From NCBI GenBank assembly GCA_964234715.1, contig OZ174287.1: 64,000 bases of DNA. One strand, given 5' to 3'. A model generated the notes under the pieces. That model was not told the origin of the DNA, searched no databases, and saw only the letters and a list, made by a program, of their open reading frames with translations. The DNA comes from Podarcis melisellensis. Its lineage: Eukaryota. This document shows positions 38,011 through 64,000 of this stretch, one piece after another (positions within the stretch are counted from its first letter, which is position 1; every line of letters starts with the position of its first letter). A program made the position numbers and the translations under genes.

Positions 38011-39889
38011 TCATTCGGCTTGAGTTAAGAGGTAGGAAATGAGGTATACTGACACGGGCGCCAGAATGATGAGGGACACCCAGACACTGATACTTAGGAC
38101 AGACAATCTCCGGGACCTCCGAGCCCAGTCAGCCGCTGATACCTGGGAACCAGCCTTTTGCTTCTCACTAGCCTGGATGGGACAAAGCCAAGAGAGAGAA
38201 CCTCATTATTGATACAGATAGGTAGCCGTGTTGGTCTGCCATCGTCAAAACAAAAAAAATTCCTTCCAGTAGCACCTTAAAGACCAACTAAGTCAGTTCT
38301 TGGTATGAGCTTTCAGTGTATCTGAAGAAGTGTTCATGCACACGAAAGCTCATACCAAGAACTGACTTAGTTGGTCTTTAAGGTGCTACTGGAAGGAATT
38401 TTTTTTGTTTCTCATTATTGATGTCACTTATTTTAAAGAAACAGCCTTACATTTTAGGTCTCCTCCTCTGGACTGACCTTTCTCAGTGTATCTTGATGAT
38501 ATGTGTCAGGTCTAAATTTCTTTGCAACCTCTGATCTTAGTAGCCTTGACCCAGATTAAGGCTATATAATTCTAAGCTTGTTGTATAATCTTAGAAGGGG
38601 CGTACGGATGTGAAGGGGCATGGCTGTGACTCTCATTAAGGGACCCAGCACTTCTGGATTTGACTCCAAAGGGCCAACCTCCCAGGAACATCTGGCCTAT
38701 GCCACAGAATGCCTGCCTTGCTGGGGAACTAGGGCTCCTTTCCCAGTCCAGGTGGGGTGGCTCGGCTGTCAGAGGGATGGCATGGCCCAGAACACCCCCC
38801 AACATCCCTTTCTGGCCGCACATTGCAGGGGAAGATCAGTAGTGGTGGCAAGCCCTCTCAGGGAATCTCACCCACCATCTCCGGCCTTGTTGAGGAACCC
38901 CAAGGGTTCTCTAGAGCAGACTTTCATTGCCAGATGGAACGCAATGATTACTGTGCCTTGGTTTCAGAGTGTACATCTCTACAGAGCACTTGCTTCAGTT
39001 TCACCATGTGACAAGAATGTGTGGGAGCTTCAAAGGCAGTAAATATTGGCCTGGGTGGGGCAGTGAGGTGGCTCCTGCCCACGGCTGCAATACTGTGCTC
39101 AGGAAATCTCTCTCTCTCACACACACCCCATTTATTATGTGGATCTATCACTTTGTTTTATTGACATGACAACCCTGGATATACTACATCACTGATTCTC
39201 AGTCATTTTTTACATTGCCTAATATAATATAACTTTGGCATGCCTTGAATTTTTTAGCTGCCCATTTGTCCTGTAACTGCCCATCTGTGGGTCCAGCTGC
39301 CCATTTTTTGTTTAAAAACCACACTTGCAAGGACACAGGAGGCACAGCTATAGTTATTTATCTGGAAAGGAAGGCAAGAGAATGGAGAATGGCAGAAGCT
39401 GTTAAGATCCCAGGGGGTTTTCATCTGATCAGTAAATACATTTGTAAAGGCTCAAGGTTTTCTCTAACCAAAGTGTACTCACAGTGGACCTAGTGAACTT
39501 AATGGATCCAAGTTTGCCGTGTTCACTATTTTAAATGGCTCTGTTCTGAGTATGATCAATATCAAACCCACTTCCCCTCCCTAAGCCTCCAGGAATTCTT
39601 TCCCTAGAAACTGGTTCAAATACTGCACTGCATCCCTTGTCCCACCCACCCGCATCCCTTGTCAAAGCAGCAGATAACTCACCTTGGTTGCATAGATCAG
39701 TGCTAGGACTCCGATGCAAGAGCAGCCACAGATGATGCTAAATATGGCCAGACTGCGCAGTCTGTGCTTATGAAAAGAAGAGGGCTTGGCAGGCATGTCC
39801 TTCTCCTGGATGTCTGCTGGGATCATCACGATGGTCTCTGCAGCATCTTGCTGAAGGGTCCCATTTTTGAGCTCCTGCTCTCCTTCCAT
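38011..39889 (-). CDS. TMEM265: Transmembrane protein 265 (dispanin/CD225-IFITM family), 122 aa
   Basis: Exon 39889-39683 encodes MEGEQELK...RLRSLAIFSIICGCSCIGVLALIYATK (donor GTGAGT). Exon 38172-38011 encodes ASEKQKAGSQVSAADWARRSRRLSVLSISVWVSLIILAPVSVYLISYLLTQAE*. The SIICGCSCxG and C-terminal SYxxxQAE signatures, and the position between SRCAP and PHKG2, match TMEM265. Confidence 0.92.
38214..38410. mobile_element. Penelope-like retroelement terminal insertion (inverted duplication)
   Basis: 12-bp TSD CTCATTATTGAT (38202-38213, 38411-38422). GTAGCCGTGTTGGTCTG and GTAGCACCTTAAAGACCAAC are sauropsid Penelope-type terminal motifs. Arms 38248-38314 and 38344-38410 form a perfect inverted repeat. 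Confidence 0.8.
38318..38355 (+). ncRNA. Minimal type I hammerhead ribozyme motif (Penelope-associated)
   Basis: GUAU [stem I] - CUGAAGA - A - GUGU ucaugc ACAC [stem II] - GAAA - GC - UC / AUAC [stem I']. Palindromic AGCU replaces stem III. Confidence 0.6.
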
Positions 39890-40267
39890 AGCAACTGGAA
39901 AGTTGCTGAAGTGTGCTGACAAGCCTGCTCTTTTCTCTCTGCTGTTTCAATTATCGCCACGATCAATCTGAGTCCACATTTGTGCTTCTAAATTCCAAGC
40001 CAGGAGCTTGAAATAGCTAGATAGCTAGTGGAAAGTTCGATCTTAAGAGGGTCAGGTTCAAACCCCACCTCTTATGTGAATTCTCTGTACAGCACTGAGA
40101 AAGTGACTTTCGCTCTTGGCCTCAAGTTTCCTTTGTGTAAAATACCTGGGTGTATTATCGCCCTACCTCACCGCTGCGAAAGGAAACGTGGAATTTAAAG
40201 AAACGTCTTTCACAAGCTGAAAGTGTTATAGAAATGATAAGGTAGCAACGCCCAAGAATTAATTTAC

Positions 40268-40412
40268 CTGAAGCCAAAAGGGTGTGATCCTCTTTATGCC
40301 TAAGTAAGTCTCAGTCCCTCAGTCTTCAGTACAGCTCCTCTGAATGAAGAAATATTGAGAATAATCCAACATCCGCAGGCTGGGAGCTCACCTCTCAGAA
40401 ACACTTTTATAC
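40268..40412 (-). promoter_or_regulatory. Putative TMEM265 TATA box and 5' UTR exon
   Basis: TATAAAAG on minus at 40411-40404. Donor TTCAG|GTAAAT at 40268 and acceptor ATTTAG|AAGC near 39988, upstream of the ATG. Confidence 0.45.
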
Positions 40413-41509
40413 ACACCTGGCAGCTCCGTTTGTTTGGTTAGACCTTTTTTGGGCTGGGTCCCAGACTCTTTATTGGGTGAGGTCACTGTTGTTGGACCTG
40501 ACTCAGGTATGCAGGTTGCAATTCCTCCTGAGATCATACTCTGCTTCCCTCTTTGTCTACAGGCTAGTGCTTCAGCTTAACTGGGTTGCGGTTCAGGGAA
40601 ACCTAAGAGCAGGAATTTCAATTAATGCAGGCAATCTGGGGGCGGTCTCCTTAGCTGCTGAAGGGAGATCAGGCTGAAATGGCAAGGTAGGCAAAATTAC
40701 CTGCTGGGAGCCAGAGTGGTTGGGGAAACCCAGCCAGATGGGCAGGGTATAAATAAATTTATGATGATGATGATGATCCACAGTCTCTGGGAAAGGGAGG
40801 GATGTAGTGGCACGAGTTAGCACTGTGGGTTCCTTCGCCCCTAACTTTTACACCTATCACAACTAGATTTTTATGACTTTTAAGTGCTTCCAAAAAAGAA
40901 GAGGGGGGCAGCGATACAATATTGCATCCACATATTGGTTGTCTAGCCCCATTGACTTCAATTTTAGAGCTATATAGTGTGGGACACACTTACTGTAGCC
41001 TTCACAGGTGTTTTTTTGGCCCAACTTTTATCCTAACAGAGATAGCAAAGCTGAATGCAGTGCCTCAGTAGCAAAATGGACTCTTTTTCAACTCTTCTTT
41101 GCCAGTCCTTCAGATGCCTCAGGTCTGAGGCCTAGCACATCATGCTCTGAGGCTCAAGTGAGCTCAGCCTCCAGTTCTGCTCTCTTGTAAATATGGCTAA
41201 GAACCAAACTGCAGAACTCTAGAATGGTTGTACCTGCTGGTTTACACATGTAGGTTTTCCAATAACACAGGAATCTCATTTCACCGTAACTGAGAACTTT
41301 GTATTAACTTCCAAGTACAGGTTTAACTCTTGGATTCTGCAAGATTTCACATTTTGATCCCCTGAAGGCACTTTTTAGAAGATAAAAGGGGCATAAGGAA
41401 AGGCTGACCCATCCAGCCCTCTCACTACCCCCTGCCAAAAGAACAAATGTTTCCTTTAAAAGTTGTTGTCTTGTAATTACAATTAAGCAACTGTAGCACA
41501 GAGGAACTA

Positions 41510-41747
41510 CAGTGGAACCTCGGTTTTCAAACTTAATCCATTCTGGAAGACTGTTCAGCTTCCGACAAGTTCGAAAACCGAGGATCAATGGGCTAGCTGC
41601 AGTCAAGGGGGGGAAATGAAAAATGTGGATCAGAAGCTGTTCGGCTTCCAAAAATAGTTTGAAAACCAGAGCAGTTACTTTTGGGTTTTGGCGTTCGGAA
41701 GCCGAAACGTTCCAAAATGGAGGCATTTGGGAACCGAGGTTTGACTG
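41510..41747. mobile_element. Tigger-like MITE
   Basis: TA | CAGTGGAACCTCGGTT ... AACCGAGGTTTGACTG | TA. Confidence 0.8.
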
Positions 41748-42639
41748 TATCTGTTTAAATTAAGGACTTGTTTCCTCGCATTACCTGTACCCATTTGGCC
41801 ACTGCCCGGGTGGTTCTCATTTCTAGTGTCACTCATATATTAGCCCCAAAGTGGGCTGTGTGTTTCAGAGGAATGCAGCCACTTGCTTTTTCACAAAACA
41901 CTATGTTGTATGGAAAAGCTACAGGTCAGAAGGCTGTTGTGAGAGGAATATGCCAAAAATGAATAAAAAGGCCTAAAAAGTGTTAACGGGAAGTCATATA
42001 TCAACTGACTCATTGTTTACTCTTGGTTACTGTTGGCTTCGGAAGGTGTCATTCCTGATGCTGGCTACAAAAATGTGACCAAACTGGTCCCCCGTTGTTT
42101 GTGGCATTGCCTGGCAGTGGGAACTTTTGTGCAATTGCCCCGTGCCTCAGCTGAGGCGTGGCCTTGTTTAGACTTGCCTGGGCCCATTTCTGGCTCCTTG
42201 ATGATCTATTCTTGCTCATGGTACTTTCCAGATTAGATAAAAAACCTCGATATTGCAATAGCAAGGAACTAGCTCTTCTCCACCAACATGTGGAGGTAGT
42301 ACAGGCCTCCCTATTAAACCCCGCTCCCTGAAAGGTATAAAACCAAGAGGGAGCGACTTCTCTCCCCCAGCTATCAAGAGACATTAAGAGTCAGAGGACA
42401 CACTCCAGCCAGTCAGAGACTTAGGGTGCAAAGCAGAGTCAATGAGGGGTAAAGTCCAAGGATTGTCCCACAGGCTTGGCAAGTGGCTTGGAGGACTGCA
42501 TTTGGTCCCTATGCCTGTTTCCTCACCCCTATCAACACTGTTAGAGCCCAAAAAACATTCCTTTTGGTATGAATGCTCTTGCACCAAAGAGGATGCCTCA
42601 CCCAAAGTACAAAATAAATAAGGATGGACGCCCTGTGAG

Positions 42640-43223
42640 GGGCGCGGGTGGTGCTGTGGTCTAAACCACCGAGCCTCTTGGGCTTGTCAAGCAGAAGGTT
42701 GGCAGTTTGAATCTGCCCAACAGGGTGAGCTCCCGTCGCTCTGTCCCAGCTTCTGCCAACCTAGCATTTTGAAAGCACAACAGTGCAAGGAAGAACCCCT
42801 GCAGCAGGAAGGTAAACAGTGTTTCCATGCACTCTGGTTTACGTCACGGTGTTCCATTGTGCCAGAGGTTTAGTCATGCAGGCCACATGACCCGGAAAGC
42901 TGCATGTGGACAAATGCCAGCTCCATAGCTGTCAACCTTCCCCTTTTTTGTGGGAAATTCCCTTATTCCAGCAGTTTCCCGCTGCTATCCTGGAGTGTTA
43001 GATATCCCGTAGACTGTCCCCGGGACAGGTGAGGCTGCTGATCCCTTATTTTCAAAGTTGCTGATCCCTTATTTTTGAGGCTGTTGATCTCTTATTTTCA
43101 AATCTGAAAATTGACAGCTATGGCCAGCTCCCTTGGCTTGAAGCAAGATGAGCACACCCCCCCCCCAAGTCGTCCTTGACTGGATCTAACCATCCAGGGG
43201 TCCTTTAACTTTACCATACCTGC
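42640..43223 (+). mobile_element. Near full-length Sauria SINE interrupted by a hAT MITE
   Basis: Head GGCGCGGGTGGTGCTGTGGTCTAAACCAC, body GGCCACATGACCCGGAAAGC, tail CCAGGGGTCCTTTAACTTTACC. Flanking direct repeat CCCTGTGAG (42631-42639, 43224-43232). Confidence 0.85.
42924..43122. mobile_element. hAT-type MITE nested in the Sauria SINE
   Basis: TIRs CATAGCTGTCAA / TTGACAGCTATG with a perfect 8-bp TSD GCCAGCTC (42916-42923, 43123-43130). Confidence 0.9.
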
Positions 43224-43781
43224 CCCTGTGAGTCACTGAACTTCTGCATATATGGATTTTAGAAAATGGTGTGCCCCACCTTGCCATCACTTGACAGTGG
43301 AGGAAGACTGGAGAGCTCTCTCAGAGGAGCTGAAAGAGGCCATTTAGAAGACCGTGCTGCTTTTAGCAGCCAACCAGCTCAGTGTGATTTTTCCTGCCCT
43401 GGAAATTTTTTTAGTCCTGAGCCTCAGTGTATCAAAGCAGGGATGTAGCCATCCTAATGCTGTTACTATTAATTATATTTGTTGTATGTGTTGCTTGCCT
43501 CTAGCTCCTGTCAGCCTCTGCAAGCTTGGCCAAGAGTCACACCTGACAGAGGCCATAATCTCTGAAAGACCACAGGTCCCCCATCCCTGAGGTAAAAGAT
43601 AATCCCGTCCTCTCAAAAGCCAGTCATGGCACACAAGCTGGTTTTAGACTAAATGGGAAGTTATCTTTTTGAATATAAGAGTGTGGGCAGAGGGAGGGCC
43701 TGTGAGAGCCTGAGGCTTGCTCATGCAACACAATGCAATGGTCTAATATTGTGCATGAACCAAGCGTTGGATCTTCTAAGG

Positions 43782-43975
43782 CAGAGCTTTCCAAACTTTT
43801 CACGTTGGTGACGCACTTTTTAGACATGCATTATTTTGCTACACAGTAATTCAGTTTTATTAGCAAACCGGAGGTTAAACTAACCCCTTTCCTGCCCCAG
43901 AAGCATTCAGACAACACATCTGCACACTGCAGCCAACACACTAATGTGTTGCAACACAGTGTTTGGAAAGCTCTG
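43782..43975. mobile_element. hAT-Charlie-type MITE
   Basis: Perfect 15-bp TIRs CAGAGCTTTCCAAAC / GTTTGGAAAGCTCTG. TSD TTCTAAGG / TTCTAGGG. Confidence 0.85.
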
Positions 43976-44211
43976 TTCTAGGGCACTGGTGGAGCACCAG
44001 AAGCTCCTGGACAGTCCTAGTCAGGATGCTCAAGAGTCAGGGATGATGGAAACTGTAGACAGGCATTGGGAGGTCCACAGGTATCTCATCCCATCCCTGC
44101 TCCAAGAAGACTGAAACAATCAGAAAAGGAAGCACAAAGTGTCTTCTTTTTTTTAAAAAAAAGACTCTACAGACCCATTTGGTGTGCTGTTGGTTTTTCT
44201 TTTTTTAACAC

Positions 44212-44217
44212 TTTATT
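44212..44217 (-). terminator. SRCAP polyadenylation signal (AATAAA)
   Basis: TTTATT on plus about 1.2 kb downstream of the SRCAP stop codon, at the end of a UTR-like segment. Confidence 0.6.
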
Positions 44218-45419
44218 CATAGCATTATTCTGAAGAAAGATTACATCGGTCTTCTGTACAAGTTCTGAACATGCTTCAGTAGGAAAGACAGCTCCATGGG
44301 AACACCTCCCCCTCCACCCCAACTGCACCCCCTTCCCCCAAACCAGAGAACTACTGCCACCCCTCAATCCCACTGCGGTGGGGGAGGGGAGGGAACGTTG
44401 TGCTCCCCTATACAAAATAACCTTTGCATAGATTATGTTCAAAAGAACCTATTTTACAATGAGAGCTGTACACAGAGAGGCAGGGAAGGGAAGAGGGATT
44501 TGATCCAACTCAGAAGCCCACAGAGTCCTCGGAGCAGTGAGGCTGCAATATACATCATTAAAAATAAGACCATCTCTCCTGGTGGCAATGCAAAACGTGA
44601 GGGCACAACCTTCCCCTTTTCACGGAGTCAACTCTGCTACCTCCTTGTGCCTCAAGAGGGCCCTAAGCTGTGAACGGAATAAACAGGGCGACAATCAAAA
44701 GGGAAAGCCAGAGAAGGGGACCCAGCATTTGGTCACTGTCATTTAAAAACCAACCCAGAGGCATTAAAAAAGTAAGAGCTAATTGTGTTATAAATCAGGA
44801 GGGCATCCCCTGCGGGTTTCTTGAGGGGAAGGGGCCGAGGGAAAGGATGAAGAGCCCCAAAAGGTGATTTTCATTTTAAAAAGGATGCAAGTGCCTAGCG
44901 AAAGGCTGAACGGAGGCTTCCCAAAGTGGTACTGAACTTTGCGGGGGCCATTCAGTGGCAGCGGGAGCCCTGAAGCGTCACTCAGGGGGCCACACCTCTA
45001 TGGGGCTGCTCCCCCACCCACTCCATGATCAGCAAGTAGCAGAATTAATTGGGAACAGTGCTGGCTCTGTCACTTCCCCCGCGAGGGAGCAGCTGAGCTA
45101 CACATCCAGAGCTAGCCAACTTCTGCAGGAGTGTCTCTCGCCCTGCTCTGAGACAAAGCATCCGGGAGGGAGCAGCCACGCCTGCTGCCCTCCTCCCCCT
45201 CCTCCTCCTTCAAGTAGTACTCTTAACAGTCAAGTCTGGAATGCAGGGAGCTGTGTGGGGACAGGTGAGCCCCACCGGCTGCCCTCCATGATAACGGGAG
45301 AATCGAGAGCAAGGGTGGGTCGGGGCAGGGGGCTAAAACTGCTTACAGCATGTGCGAGGAAGAGCTGGCCATTGCCCACCCCCCACAGAGAAGTGACGGC
45401 AGAACTTCTCGCGCTGTGG

Positions 45420-63937
<18,518 letters not shown>

Positions 63938-64000
63938 CTGAAAGAACTAGCAATGTCAGGACAAAAAGCAGCTGACAACTTATCACTATCATCTTTAAAT

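Noticed and set aside
41279-41400. PSE-like TCACCGTAACTGAGAAC
   Set aside because: No recognisable snRNA, TATA or octamer at the expected distances.

Overview
Vertebrate genomic DNA, most likely a lacertid-type squamate lizard (inferred from Sauria SINEs, a Squam3-like SINE, BovB, L2 and Penelope fragments). The window keeps the gene block syntenic with human 16p11.2. RNF40 (minus; 19 coding exons, about 1036 aa) is head-to-head with CFAP119/C16orf93 (plus; 9 exons, about 263 aa). CFAP119 is tail-to-tail with PHKG2 (minus; 9 coding exons, 402 aa). Next come TMEM265 (minus; 2 coding exons, 122 aa dispanin) and the 3' 23 exons of SRCAP (minus; 5' end beyond the window). I placed exon boundaries by hand from splice signals and reading-frame phase. 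Most interesting observations: (1) a Penelope-like insertion in the TMEM265 intron with a minimal hammerhead-ribozyme core and a perfect 67-bp inverted repeat; (2) hAT MITEs with intact target-site duplications that carry ACTACAnTTCCCA (ZNF143/THAP11-type) motifs; (3) a Tigger-like element built from stacked palindromes; (4) three GC-AG introns in three neighbouring genes; (5) several coding tandem repeats in SRCAP; (6) an RFX X-box in the RNF40/CFAP119 bidirectional promoter; (7) an orphan CpG promoter near 1.5 kb. I could not establish a wholly new multi-gene system. An assembly gap lies at 14058-14188.
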